64,000 bases of DNA, taken from Yuukianura sp. NJ FZ-2021. Lineage: Eukaryota. Positions within the stretch are counted from its first letter, which is position 1. Every line of letters begins with the position of its first letter. Location: contig CM102288.1 of assembly GCA_046563655.1 (NCBI GenBank), forward strand, positions 2,728,001 to 2,792,000, written 5' to 3'. The notes under the pieces were generated by a model. It made no database searches, was not told the origin of the DNA, and saw only the letters and a list, made by a program, of their open reading frames with translations. The position numbers and the translations under genes are program-made. Shown here in pieces: positions 24,801-39,836 of the stretch.

Positions 24801-27800
24801 CAAGTTGAAATTTTGAATTCCGGTTTTCGAATTTCAACGCAATTTGATCCGCAGTAATTTGAAGACGATAGGGTGTCCATGTTCAATCAACTGGTGGTGG
24901 TCTTCTGGAAGAGGGGTTAAAGTTTATCTTGTCTTTTGACACATTTAGAAACGCCGCCACTCGTCTCCATGTCTCTGCAATATCAATTAACATTCAACAC
25001 TCAATTTCAAAAGTGTGACAAATTAAAGTTCTTTTTGCTCTGACACTTACTTCTCTCTTTTTTGTGAAGACGAAATGACATTTGGCATTAAGACGCCGCC
25101 GCACCCAGTTCTTCATCCCGCCCGCCGCCAGCTTGTCCTTGGACTCCAATTAGATCCATGCAATTGCTACAATTCATTTTTGTTTGGTAAGTTCATGTTC
25201 AATTTAACTTTCTTTTTTTTCAAGTTTTTTGGGTTTTTCCAACTTTGAAGTTCCAAATTCTTAAAAAGATTATAAACATATCTTGGATTTTGCGCGCAAC
25301 GTCAAATTTGAAAGTCAAACTTTTGGCACAAGGCTCGGGACACATTAAACCTGAGGCAGTTTGCAAATTTTTGGAAAGCAGTTTGCAAATTTTTGCTAAA
25401 CAAAGATTTCCTGTGCACACGTACTCGTAAAAAATCAGGAAATCTTTCTCACGCCTGTGCCGTGCCGGGCGTGCTTAAATTTTCATAAAAATTTGTTGCC
25501 AGGTACGCAAATGTACTTTTTAGCACAGCTTAGCTCACGGTTTTATATTTCCCCAAGAAAAATCATTTCACAGTCACAGTTGTAAACTTTCTTGGCGTGG
25601 CACTGTGTATCACCGTCATAGTAAAGTCAAAATCTCTTACCCTATGGTTAGGTTTATCCTGTTCCCAGTTAGTTTTGTATGTGGTTCCGTTTAACGATCT
25701 CCTTCATATTCATTTTGTGTCCCTCCTAAAACGTTCCATTTTTTCTGACTTTGGCTCTTGGCAGTCAGTCTCTTGCAACAGGCCCAAATTTGGTCAATAA
25801 TGTGCCCAGGCACAAGCAGGCTTGTGCTTGTGCAGCACAACTTTAAGCTGCTCATAGTACAGAAATTGAGGCGTTGCCGAGTTTAGGTCACGATCTTCCT
25901 TTGAAACCAGGCGAAGAAGACGAAGATTCTTAAACACACCGAGACCAAAATGTCCATAAGGCTCATCTCCCCATTCTTCAGCATTTTTTGAATATACCTA
26001 TAACGTAGCATAAGAAAAAATGAAGTTAGAGAACTCACAATTTTACACAAGTACTAAAGCTTACACTCTGGTCTAAAACGGCCCCAGTTTATGAAAAATT
26101 GAAACTCGTTTATCACTTTTGCTTTTGAAAGGCTCAAATTGCTAGGATTTGGTTAGAAAACAGAAAACACGGAGGCGAGAGAGAGCAGCTCTCGGGAGAG
26201 AGAGATGCTTTCAAAACAACATGAAATGAATTACTCTTCCAAAACAAGAAAAATTTGGTCATTCATTTTCAATTTTTTGATGGAGAATTTTGAAAATGAA
26301 ATATTCTGGTGGTGCGAATCGCATTCTATTTTATAATGTATCATGAAAGCATTTTTTTGAGTGATTCATTGTTCAAGGCAAAGGAAACTAAGAATTAATC
26401 ACAATTAATCGTCATACTTTTCCTTCCACAAATGGAGCTAGGACACTCTGGAATAAAGTGAGAGTGTGCGTAGGCTGCGAAGAATTTTTTTAAATTTTAG
26501 AATGGAAGGTGTGGTTCATTTTAGAATTTCAAAAACAAAATTTCGAAATTCAAGATTATCAAAAGATATTTTTAAAATTCAGGTTTAAAAAAAATTAAGG
26601 ATTTCTTGTCCAACAACCTTAAAAACGAGTTTTTTTAAGGGTTGGAACAGAAACAAAAATGAAACTTTTTTCACATTCTAAAAAAGAAAAAAAGCGACAA
26701 CGGGTTTTTGTTCAGGATTTCCGCTTTTTTTCTTCTTTTTTGAAAGTTCAAAAAAAGTTGAACTTTTTAAACGCTTCGAAACGAGAATTTTGGCCTTTTC
26801 GTTACGTACCGCCAAACCTTGTTTCTTGTCAAAAAAAAGCCCGTGCTCTGGCAGCCACTCACTTAAGTCCTCGTAAGAAACAAGTTCAAATCTATTAGGA
26901 TCAAATTTCTTGTTTCATTTTTTTAGTTCATGTTTTCCCTCTGTTTTGCTATTTCTTTCAAAATATTGATCAAATTCCGAGTAAGATCTTTCAGAAAGTG
27001 CTCTCAGTCGTGCGCCCCCGTGTTTACGAGTCTCCTTTTTTTCTGGAAATTTCATTATTTCTTATGCCAAAAAGAGACAGGGAAGACAGAGCAGAGGACG
27101 CAGTGGGAGATGATAATGTCAAATTCGTGAGCATCGTGGTCGTGACCTGACCGTCGAGTCTGGATTTTGTCTCAGTTTTTTTTGTGCCGGGCTTGGATCG
27201 TTTTTTTCAAAAAAAGAAAAAAAACTTGAAGTATGTTGTATGAGAAAAGGCAGAGTTTGTCAGAAAAATTCAAAAAGGCTTAAAATGGAACTCTTGTGTT
27301 TATTTATTCAACCTTCTTCGTCAGCGTCTGAGAAATTTCAAGCGCAAAAGGCAGCTGTACATTTTTTTTCCATTGGAAACTGTTTTACAGCTTCGTTTTT
27401 AAAAATTAAGTTTGAAAAAAGTGAAACACATTACACAAAACCAGACAAAATTAACGAAACCAAGAAGCAAACAGAAGAAGTGTCAAAATTAATTAAAAGT
27501 TTAAGGAAAGTTCATTAGGCTTAGGCTTTTGCGTGGTGGTCGCTGACCGCATCAGCTCTTTGCTGATTGTATTCAAATTTTTCAAAAACTCAAATTATTT
27601 TCCCGTTTTTGTCAAACAATGAAATTTTTTGAAACAAAAGGAGACATTCGTCTTCTGAAAAAAAAATGTTTAGAAAACTTGAAATTTTTATGGCGGACTA
27701 CCACTACCACCAACATTTTTTCAAGAATTTCAAGTTTGGTAAAGATTTTTTTACGATTGAGAAACACGACGAGATTTTTTCCTTTTTCGAAAACAAAGGA

Positions 27801-30800
27801 AATTTAAATTGATTCAATTTGCACAGAGAGGTACACAAAAAAAGAAAAAAAAATCAAACAATGGTTTTCGAAATTTCCTCCGGAAATTTTTATTAATAGT
27901 TTTCCTACTTCTTTCCGAAAGCAACCGTAACGAATGCTCCATTCTTCTTTTTCTCACAGTAAAAGTCTAAAAAGAGAAAGTTGTTTTCCCCAATTTTTTT
28001 TTTCGAAAATTTGTACACCGTGTCTCAAAATTTCCCTTTTTTCCTTGAAAGTTTTCCTGAAATATTAGATACACCTTTCTCATAAGTTACGTGACCTTTT
28101 GAAAAATCCGAAGCAGTCGCCAGAATATTTTGAACCACCCTGTACTTTTCTCAAAGTTTCCTTTTAAGTGAAAGTATTTCTTGTTCCCTTTGGAACTTTA
28201 CCCGAAAAAGGCATTACAAATTGTTTGAATGAAATAATAATTGAGTCTGAAGGGAAAGTTTTGAATGTAAAATTATTTGCTGCTACGCCACAAAAGGAGG
28301 GAAAAGTAAGGAGAAAGTGATGTTTAGTTGGAATGGAATTTTACGAAAGTGTCTCTCGTGAGCTGTGAAATATTGAAATGGAAGTGTGTTTAGACAAGGC
28401 AGTGCTCTAAATCTTATTTGCCAAAGGAAAAGGAAGTTCCTTTGGAATAAGGAGACATTAAACAAAAGTACGAGGGAAATCTGTGCGGTGTTTTTCATTC
28501 CTTAAATTGTGGAGAGCACACCGGGAAAAAAGTGTTGAACAAAGTTCTTCCTTGTTTTTAGGTTGGGTTAACTTATTACATGGTGGTGTGGTGCGGTGTG
28601 GGGAATTAAGTCAAAGGAAACCGGCGTGGCGTTACTTGTCTCAGAAAAAAGAAAGAAAAAGAAAAGGATTAATTTGTAGAACTTTTTTTCAAAAAATCCG
28701 ACACATTTTTTAACCGAACTTTGAAATAGCAGCTAGTTTTGAAGGCTTGTTAGTCAGTGACTTCTGATTTCATACTGAGGGTGTGTCATCGCCACACTTT
28801 TAGAGTGTGAAGAGTCATTGTCATTAGCCTAGTGATTCACAAATCACGCCACAGTTTATCTTTAGCAGTGGTCAAGCTAATCTGTCACAAGGAAAGTATA
28901 ACGCTAATTACTAACTTTCACTACTGGTTTTCAATTTAGTTTAAAAGTTCCAAATTTTGAAAATTAGTACACTTTAATTAAAGATCACAGATTTTGATCC
29001 TAGATTTTTTGATAAAAAGTTATACCTACACTGGGAAGTAAACTTTTTTTTAATTAACGTTATTTCGGTAACTCTCACTCAGTTAAGTTTCCTCTTAGAA
29101 ATTACCTAAATGGATTTGGAAATTGAAAAATTAAATTTTTGAGGACCCAATTCCATACGGTAGCGGTTTTATCATGACCTAGACTTTTTGAATTTCAAAG
29201 TAAGTAAAACTAAAGTGAAATTTTTGGTAAAGTTCCAAAATCTTGTCAAATTTCAATCCGATTTTACGATCTTGTCAAAGTTAATGAAAATCACTTCATC
29301 TTAAGATCCTTTTATGATCTCTCATGGAAATCATTACAGTAACTCATGTCATGATTCTCAAGTTTCTATTAGTTTGGCTTTTTTCGTATAAAAAAAATTG
29401 CAAACGTACAAAAAGAAGTTTAATCTTGAAGACCTTACTTTATGCCTCTTTCTATTCGAATCTGTTTCAATTCAATGCAGCAGAAACTGAAACCCAGATC
29501 CACTTTTACTCTTCAAGTATTTTTCAAAAAAGAGTTTACCACCGCCTAAGAAAAACACAACATTTTTCTTGTTCAAAAATAAATTTTCTCTGCAATAGTT
29601 TATCAATAGCTTTCCTTTTAGACAATTTTTTCAACCTCAATTTGATAAGTTCAAATTGGAATTTTTTTGGGACCATCGTAATTTTTTTTTTAAAAGAGCC
29701 TCTTTGGTCGCGTGTCAAAGTTACACAGTAGCTGCCTCGTTACTTTAATAAGTTGTATAGTAAGTCATTAATAAAGGAAAGTTTGTAGTCAAATTGGTTT
29801 TTGTTACCTGGTAAAACAAGTTTAGTAAATCAATTGTTACCTTTGTGTGTCCACAGGAAAAGCCGACAACTCACAGCATCCATCTCCTTCTCACCCTTTT
29901 ACTTCTTCATCTTTCGCCAAACTTTGTTTCCAAAGCCTCACAAAATCCTTGAGTCTCGAACCTCATTCTGAATAACAATGACTTTTCCCCGAGCAGTGGC
30001 TCCAAATCCAGTCTCTCTTGATTCACTTCCACACGAACTACCTGGATTATTCGATTGGATCATCATCATACCCACCACACGAACACACACGCACTTTCTC
30101 CGCTCTAGCCAAATACTTTCACATTCAAATCTTCACCTTACCTTTACTATTTCCCACCAACCCATAATTCATCTCTGCTCGCTGGCTCCTGCTGCCAAAG
30201 TCAGTCATTTCACACTTCCGCGGGTTCGCTCCCAGCTTCCTCCAGAAGAAAAAAAATGACAGAGGGGATTCTGCTCAAGAGCAGAAAAAAGTTGCCAAAG
30301 GTAGCCATCTTCGCGGCGTCTCCTCGGTGATGATGACAAGGACTTTTGGTTTTGCTTTAGTACGACAGTGGTAAGATTCAAAAATACAGTTGTGCCGGAG
30401 GGCTTTTTGTTACTGAAAACTTCATCTTCTTCCATGCTGTTTTTTGCTGACTGCTTCAGATTTTGGAGCTTTTGATTCATTCGGGAGCTTTTTGCTTTTT
30501 AGAAGATGCGAGAGCTTGTTCTTTGGAAGAAAAAATCTGTTTCTTCCATCCACACTTGTCTGTCTTTACGCCATAATTTCTATTTCAGATCCATGGAATT
30601 CTTTAAAGATGAAGTGAGTCGTGAAGCTGGCGGCGTCAAAAACGAAAAAAAGAAGAAGCTGTGCTGGTTGGTTACTGCTTGTTCTTGTTCATCTTTTGGA
30701 AAAAAAAAGTTGTATGTTAAAAAGCCTTGAAAAAAAGAAGTGTTGGGTTAAATCATTTTTTGACTAAATTTTTATAACATGATGGAGATGACTTTTATCA

Positions 30801-32307
30801 CTTTACGGAGAGAGCATCTGGACCAGCAGAAGTTCCGGAACTAAAGTAACTTTTTTTAGAGTCCAACATTTTTTTCGGCTTTTTAAAACTTTGAAAGCGC
30901 GTGGTGTTTACCTGAACCAGAAAAAAAGTAAGCAGAAAAATTTTTTTTATCAGATAATATCTTCTTTTTTGTTTAAAAATATATAAAAACTTGAAATTTT
31001 GTGAAGCTTTCAGTTTTTTTTTGGAAGAGTCTTAAAAAATTCTGTTCGGGCACATGAAATCATGCATAAACGTTTCCTTAAGTCAGGAATTTTGGCAACA
31101 AAGAACTGTTTTTCTAAGAAAAAAAAATTAACCATGAATTTTTCCAAACTTCGGTTTTTGAATCACCAGCAGAACATGTTGAGCACTTAAATTCCAAAAA
31201 TTTGTTACAAAAAAAATTTTTTTTTATAAATTCCGGAATTTTCACTTTTAGCCAAAATCAGAATTCCCAAACTACAAAAATTCGAAAAATTGCCGCTTTG
31301 CAAATTCTGCGCCTCAGCTTGTCATGTTTACCAGAAACTAATTATGATTTTTTAATTTCCTTTTTTTTTTTGTAGAAATTGTTACACGTTATGCGCAAGC
31401 TTTTTTTCCTCCTTTCTTTTAAACTTCAACTTCCGACTGTCAAAGGAAGCTTCCTTTTTATTAAAAATCAACACAAAAAGCTTTTGTGTTCTTTTTTCTC
31501 ATCAAAATTAGAGTTTTTGCCAAACTAAAAAAAAGTTTCCCCCACCCTCAACTTGCCTCCTTTTTGTTTTGCCCGTTGCCATTGCTGAGAGTGTGAAAAG
31601 TGTAATTAAAAATTCAGAGAGTGAAGGGGGCCATGGCGCTTGTAATTTGGAATCTGTCCGTACTAACGAGAACGTGTGATGACAATTCGCATTCTAATTT
31701 CCCTGTTCTTGGTGCGAAGTACTTGAGTGTCTCTGTAATTGTCAAAGAGGCATTCTATGTAGCATTCTATGGAAATCTTTCCTCATTTCCTGTCTATTCA
31801 CAGTCAGAACAGGCAAGTTGCAGCGGTTTTCCTAGGAGTCTCCTATGTTAAAGCTAACGCAAGAGGGAAACGGATAAGAACAACACCCTACAAAACTACG
31901 GGACACGCCTAATTACCAACTAATTGCGAACCTCATCAACACAGGACCAGAGACACAGGCTTAGTCACCACACAAAACTCAGTCAGTGCCTAAGCGTCAG
32001 TCGTCCAGCGAGGGAGCAACAAGCTTCAGCTTACAAGTACAGCACTCTTCCAGACAATTCTGGACTCGAATATCAGCTACCCAACTAACACAGCACGAAG
32101 TGAAAGTCCTAAATTCATTAGCGATTCAAAATCATCGGGAAATTCAAACCGGATTTAGATCTCTACAAGTTGCGATTCAAATGGCCGACAACTTCGCTGC
32201 AGCTAGCTCCACACGGTGAAGAAAATCAGCTGATCTCATGGAAAACTCAAAAAATGGACCGTCTGGAGTGCCAAAAACGCCAAATTGGACCAGTTAAGCT
32301 TGCCGAC

Positions 32308-32331
32308 GACAGACAGACAGACCGACAGACA
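32308..32331. repeat. (GACA)n microsatellite with one interruption
   Basis: gacagacagacagaccgacagaca. Confidence 0.8.
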
Positions 32332-35300
32332 TTTCGAGGTCAACGGATGTTGGCGATCACAAGCAAGGTTAGAACCTTGGTGCCCTATGTAATACGCCGC
32401 TCCGGATTGGTGCTCTCCGAAAACCTAAGTCTCCGACACTACTCAAGCAAACGTGACCTCGGATTGACCCGGTCACCTTGTCAAGAGCTTTCTGTTGCGG
32501 CCTGATTCGTTGCTCAACTGTGGTTTTCCTTCCGAGGCCAGTGAGCAAAGCTTCAGGTGTTTACATGAAGCTCAAAATTCGTCTGGTGACCTCTGAACTG
32601 CAAAACTAAGCTGGTGACATCATGACCATCACAAATCAGCAGAGAATTTGCCTTCTCTGTCCAAACTTGGACAGTTTTTACCCCGTAAACTTCCCTTGAA
32701 TGGAATTGAGATCAGTTTGGGCAACGAGAATGAATATGGGGTCATTGCCTTTCCTTTTTCCACAGTTTCTGTCTGTGACAAATCAAGTGCGACAGGAAAT
32801 GGCACAGCTCCGTGCTCTCAGAAAACATTGCTAAACCAAGGAAATGTAAAGGCTTCGATGTGACGCCTGAGTCTTGCTTTTTACCTGTGTAAAATCTTTT
32901 GGTTGAAGGTGAGCAACGTCTCAGGTTGTTGTATCGTAAAGGCTAATCTCAACATAACATCTTCAAACATCCCACGCATCCAACAATGTACGAACATCAG
33001 AACTTTCTGCAACTTCCAACACACAGCTCAACTCAAAAGGGGGGATGAAATGTCAAGCCAATTCTGATTGATTCTCTACGTCTGTCTGCAGAGACATGAA
33101 CTTCCATCAATCACTCAACCTACTTAAAACTAATCACAGTCCAATCAACTTCATCACACAATTCTATTTGTTATTCGTCATCTCCTCCAGAATACCAAGG
33201 TACAAAAAATAGAGCAGAAAATTATGACCTCTAGAGGTCACGAAATCATGAAACTTGCAAATTCAAATAGGCAAAGAAAAACAGAACTCATGTGTCACTT
33301 CTCGCTCAAAGTCCACAAGGGTTGGGTACATTTGCATTTCAAATTTCTTAACTAACTTTCAGTTTGAACTTTTCAGCACAGTAATCTGTTTTCCTAACCA
33401 TTTTTTAACAAAATGTCCATTTTTGGACATATACTGAAACAAGTATTTTCAAAATTCGAAATCTAATCAAAACCACAAACCAAAAGCCCTACAAGGATAG
33501 TAGTGTAATTTACTCCGGATTTTGAAAATCTGAAAAAATTAACGCAAAATGCAGAGCTTTTTTTAAACTTCAGTTCAAATCTCTGAATTTCTGTTTCTAT
33601 TTCCTTAAAATTTACATTTCTAACAAACATTTCTCTGTTTTCAAATTTTTTTTAGACAAATTCGATCCAAAATTGGAACTGCAGCCCGCATGTTCACTCA
33701 TGGCGTTCTGTCTTCCGCCTATGCTGGATGAAACTAAAGCTAACAAACGGAAGGGAGTTGCCCGCATTGAATCATGATTGTTCCTCATAAAATACAGAAC
33801 ATGACAACCTGACTTTCACCAGCAAAAAACACACAAAAAAACACCAGGCGTTCAAAAACACACGCTCAAACGCCCGCATCAAACTTCCATCACCTTTCCT
33901 CGGTCTGAAATAAATTAGAACCTGGAGTTCTCAAAACGAAAAACCTTATTACACTTTTTATCATAAAGTAAACAAAGCCTCATCCATAAAACTAGATAAA
34001 AACACTAAAACTTTGCCGAAATTGGAAAAAATATTCAACTTTCACACTCTGTTTAAACAAAAAAGTCTGTTTTCCAACTGCCAATGATGTTTTATTAAAT
34101 AAAAGTGAAAGCAACATATGGTTGGTTCAATTTTTTATCATAAGCCTCGTTTTTTTCAGTTTTTCATTTAAAAAAAGCCGTAAATCTTGGAAAAAATCAA
34201 TTAGAACAGTTCGGACACATCCCACGGCGTCCTCTTTCCGCCTACACACTTCCTCCTGCAGGATAAGCACTACCATATTAGATTTCCAAGTACCACGGCG
34301 GTGTTCATGTCACAAGGAGACAAAAGATAGCCTATTTTTTATACCTTCAAGTGTATACCAAATGACTAATAACTTGAAATGAAGTGCTGATTAGAGCCCA
34401 AAACCGGAACTTCGGAACAGGTAAAGCATTTAGCTAATTGACATTTGAGCAACATCCTGCCCACCAATCGCCTTTGATGAGCCCACCTACACTTTTAGTA
34501 CTAAAGCCGACATTAACCTAGCATTACTAAAGTGGATCCACTCAACGTTCCAAATCACTTTAAATGTGTTCCATTTTTTCTAAAAACCATAAAAACCATT
34601 CTGTCCATTATCCTCTTCCTATCGTGCTATTCATTTCTCATAAAAAAATGGAAAATGGGGTGAAAGGTCAAACTGAAACGCGTGCAAACTTTTCTTTTTG
34701 GCTTCATAGCGATTGAAACAGCGAGCGGAAATGACAAAAATATGGAAATGAAATTCTACTATTTTGCTAAGAAGAAGAAGCGAGAAAAGCGTCTTTTGAG
34801 AACTTTGAACAGTCCATTTTGGAAAATGGTCGTGTTTAGTATAGTTGTTCCCAAAACTCTCATTAAGTCTATGTAATTTCCTGCAGAATGAATTATTAAT
34901 AGGCTGATTACTAGTAACTTTAGTCTCCAGACGAAGCTAGTTGATAGTCTTCGTTCTACATGGCCAAGTGAAAGCGAAGTTGTTAGGGTTCTGCCGAGGC
35001 ATTAATGAATTCTCGCTATCAAATCAACGGATCAAATGGCAGGTTCTAATCAAATGCTAATAGTTCATTCCCTAATTCATCTCTTACCACACAAATAAGA
35101 CTAAATGCTAAGGAATACAATTCTAGAACATAGAGCAAGGAGTGGGGAGGGAGACAAATATGGGGGCGGGGAAGAGAACAAGCCTCGTTAGGCCTCCAAT
35201 TAATTCCCACGCAAATCAAGATCCCCAGACGAGACTAAAAACTTTTACTTTGAGAAACAAACAATAATTCAAACAGGATTGTTTTTCATAAATGTTCTGG

Positions 35301-38300
35301 TTTCGTTTTTTTTTTTTTTGAAAACAGGCTTTTTCAGCATGAGGTCAACAACTTTTTGAGTTTACCAAAAACTTACTAATGATAAGTGGTCTCTAATTGG
35401 AAAGAAAGTGAGAAATCATATTTTAAAAATATAAAGACTTTTGAAAAGGAAATGAAAAGAGTAATGGTGTTTGTGTGGCTTAAATTGGCCAATTTCAGTG
35501 ACCTAGCAAAGGAAATTGGAACAAATAGGTTATTAATGTTCGAAATTTTGTAGACAAAAGCTTCCAAAAAATTGCTCTAAAAAGCACATTTGGGACAATT
35601 TGGAAGTTATGAAAGCATCCCAAAGTAAGTACCTATTGCGGTACCTAGTGGTCGTTTCACCTAACTTCTATGAAAATACCCGGGTAACTTTCACTTTTCG
35701 GATTGCTGGGAGATGGAGAGCCAGCCGCTAGCTCCCCACTTCGCTCATTCGCCATAAACAACTAAGCTGAAAATTTTCGTCTTTTCTGCTACTTATTCAA
35801 AATGTTTTCTGAATTTTTTAACTGTCTTTACAACAAAAAATTTTTTACTCGTCTACTTTTCTTTGCACGACTTATATTTGAAAACATTTTCAATTCTTTT
35901 CCCAATCAATCGTATTTTTAAAAACTAGCCTAACCTAAAAACAACATGGGGTACGGGAGGAATGACCTTGAAGGAGAAATTGACCTTTCGACTTTTCTGC
36001 TTTGACATTGGCACTTTGAGGTCCAATTTATGGTTCCAATTTTCAAAAAATAAAAGCAAAACCTGAAAAGCGAGAAATGAAATATAGAGCTCGTGAGGTA
36101 GAGGTTGTCCCACTGAACAAAACTTTCCATCTCCCTTAATAATTAGACGCAAAACCAATTAGTACTTTTTGAAGGTTTTGGCAAACTTTCAAAAGTCACC
36201 AACAGAAACCCACTAATTTTTGGTTTGAAGGGAGTCCGCAATTCCATGTACCTACCACTTACCACAACTACCAACTTCCCACGCTCTCATGCTTTCTCTA
36301 TTTCTATCAAATCAAACTCAAAATGCTGACACAGCTAACGCTTCATACAAAACCGAAATGAAAAAGTTCAAGCGTTAAATCACCTCTAAAACTTCAAAAA
36401 CTAGCAAAAATTCCAGTTCTCCCTCTACGGCTTTAACATCAAAATTAAAAATTAAAAAGAAAAAAAAAGAAACCGAAAACCGTAATTTTTTTTGTTGTTG
36501 GTTGAAAATGAGACTTTCTCTGTTTGAACATGATCCTCTGTTGGAGATCCGTCTTTGAAGTGAGTGAGTTCCTAGGTTTAATTAATTGCATTATTTATGT
36601 GTTTCTAAATCCCATTAGAGCCACTTTCTCTCCTTTTCCTAAAATTCCCGCAAGAAAATTCCAGAGAAAACTCGCGTGTCTAACTTCATCAAATCCAAGT
36701 CTGGTTTGAACACTAATTTCATTGCGGACTCTCTGCCCACTTCCACTACGATCCACTTCCGCTACGTTAGATTAGCTTAAGTTAAAATTCACCTCAACCA
36801 GGTCAAGGGTCATTACACAACTTTTCTAGCACAACTGCAGCCACTTCCACTCCAGCATACTATGCTAAAACCAAAAACCTAACGTAATCATACAAACAAA
36901 ACGTTAGGTTAACCTATAATTTTAGCCCAGTCCTAACCTATTCTTTCCCTAAGTTTGTAAAGCAATTTGACTTAACTTCCGGAAATCCGTTCTGGGAGTG
37001 GAGGCAATTCTGGGTGGGTCAATCGCAGTTTCCGAAATCAAATTTGATGTCATTTTTAGTATTCAAAACAGCAAACGAGTAAAACTCAAAACAGCCTGAC
37101 ATTTACATTAACGTTAACTTTTAGGTAAATTTTTGTAAACGTTAGGCTACATTAGCGATTTCGTGTAAATCGTTTAGTTCACCAAATATCGTTGGTATTG
37201 TTTTCTGTTACTTTGTACTTTGACTTTAAGAAAGAACCAAAAGTTTGAGTTATGTTTTGAGGCCAAGACAGAAACTTGACATGGAAATTGAATCAGTTTT
37301 CTCATATTATACTTTTGTGAAAATGCGGGATGATGACAGAGTGACATGAGAAATTTTAATTCCACTTTCACTTTAACATAGGCCTAGCCTAACCACTTCC
37401 TCTTTGAAGCTATTCTGCCTTCCAGGGAACCCAAGGGAATAAATTATTGAAATTAAACTTTCAATTCCTTTTTTGTCCCCTCCCCTTTTTACTTTCTCCT
37501 CTGATGAGGAGCTGAGCTTAGTAAGTACTTTGTTCTCTTGGGGTTAATTCTTTAGAGCCCTTCAAAGGCTCAGAGCTTATAGAACGTACTAAAAGAGCAT
37601 ACTTAAGTCTAGCGTACAAAAAGTAAGGAGATGATTTGGATTCTAATCAAGGACATTTCCGCCTTTCACTGCCGACAAAAGCTCTTCTTCAAAAACGAGG
37701 ACATGCAAACTTTCTCTTTTGACTCAACTTCATTACAATTTAACATGGAGAACGAGAAAAAGGAGAGGAACAAATATTAAGCGCGCATTACGAATTACAA
37801 ATTCCAAGGAACTTAAAGTTTCAAAACATGAAAACGATTTTTTTTTTCAAAAGTTCTGAAAATTGAGAACATAATTAACACTTTTTCTTTTTGGTAATAA
37901 CTGTCGGAAACTTTCTCTATTGATTTCTAAATCTCCCTAGAAAAACGCAAACACACAAAGATAATTCTAAAGCTTTGACAAATTTTGACCAATTTCGTTT
38001 TTTTCCCCCTGAGTTTGTTTTAAATTTTGACAGAGAAGACTAACGTGCTGGTAATTTGGAACAAGGAGCAGAGACATTTGTAGGAGTTGTAATGAATTTT
38101 AGGTTGCTTAGAGAAAGTAAATGGTGGTGTGAGGAGAACAAGAGGAAATTAGTAAAGTGTCAGAGTCAGGTGCTAAACTTTCACTACTCAAGGGAGTGAC
38201 AGTGGCTTAAACTCCTTAGTTCTTAGAAACTGTCACTTTCCCCATGAACACAAAGTACAAACAATCCGTCATGACTTTGACTCACAAATTCAAATCAAAA

Positions 38301-39816
38301 GTTTTGTGCAAAGTCCTTCAAAAAACTCATTAAACAAGAAACTATAAACGAAACAACTTTCAGTATTGAATTCAAAAAGTCCTGAGTACCCAGTGAAAGT
38401 GCTTTAAGCCACACTTCGCAAATTAGTCTCATCTATTATTATCTTATTTCTACAAATCAAATTTCTAACTGTAATCAACTTAACTTACAGACGGAAATCA
38501 AGTCAGAATGCTTCGCATTGTTAATGGGGCTCCGCCCAAGACACGTTCAACACGTTCGTCTTATTCAAAATTTACACATTTCCTCTTCATTTGACCACTT
38601 TTTGCGGGAAACTATTGGAAATGGCTGAAAACGGCGTAAAAAGTAAAAAAAAAAAAAAGGAAGAAGAAAAAAATTCGTAAAAATTTGACAAAAGAAGATC
38701 CCCATATTCAAATTGAGTTGAAAATTTCTGACTTCAAGCATGCCTCAATGTTTTGTGTAAGTTTTATAACTTGTAAAATGTATGAGTTGTGTGTTTAGGA
38801 TGCAAAATGTCACGAGAATGCTTTAATATTTTGAAAACTGAAAATGTGCAGAATAATTTAGGAGGCAGAGGAAACCCACTTTGTGTAATTTTGGAAATTA
38901 AGAAAGTCCTTCGTGCGTGTGTTCAACTTTATGAAGTTTTTGAAAACTTGGCTCAAAAAACAATAAGAACAAGAAGATGTGATGGTCTGCGGGAGATAAT
39001 TGCATTCTAAAATGTGTTTCAAACACTATTTCCTAGGAACTTCCAAAAACTAAAATGATAACTGCTCTCCGCATTCTTAGAAATTCATAATGAATTCACT
39101 TTCCTACATCCACAAACAAGCAAGTTTTCATTCAAAATTAAATTCAAAAACTGTAGTTTCAAAATAAAAAAAAAGAGAGAGATTCGTTAAAATTGTTGAA
39201 CATTAGGCTTAAGCCAAAAAATTGCAACCGACGTGGCCAAATTTCCCACAACAAAGAAAACCAAACGAGAGAAGAAAAAAAAGAAAGTCACACCCAACGC
39301 TTTTCACCTAGAAGAAGAAAAATTAGAAAAAAGAAAAATGTCATGCGAATTTCCTCTCTGCACCAAAACTTTCAAACAAAATTACTTTCTCCGCCAAAAT
39401 TTAAATGAAAAAGGGAAAGTCCAATTGAATTCCAGACGTCTCTACTTCCTCGTTCCTTTGTTCTACATCATCAGTATCTGCTTTAGAAGAAAAATAATTC
39501 CCTGATGAGGAGATGATGAGAAGGAAAGAAATTCCTGCAGATGAACATTTTTTCCGCCTACCAATGCCAGGGCCAAGGCCTCTCTCGATCAAATTCCATT
39601 CGCCGTTTTCCGTTTACCACCCAACGCAGAGCCTTCCTCAACCCAGAAACTGAGCTACCCGCCTTTGAGCTTTGAGCAAAAGTAAAAAACCCGGGTAAAA
39701 ACGCCATGTTGCAAAGGCACAAGCAGGCAGGAGCAGAAACGGTGTGGAGCTCTTCAACTTTCCACTTGAGCCAAAAAAGAAGAAACTTTTCCCTGAGCAA
39801 ATCCAAGTTGAGTGGC

Positions 39817-39836
39817 TCAGTCAGCGTTAGTCAGTC
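39817..39836 (+). promoter_or_regulatory. Candidate arthropod initiator (TCAGTC x2) for the receptor gene
   Basis: TCAGTC at 39817-39822 and 39831-39836 matches the TCAKTY Inr consensus, about 170-180 nt before the ATG. The motif is short and there is no transcript evidence. Confidence 0.3.
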
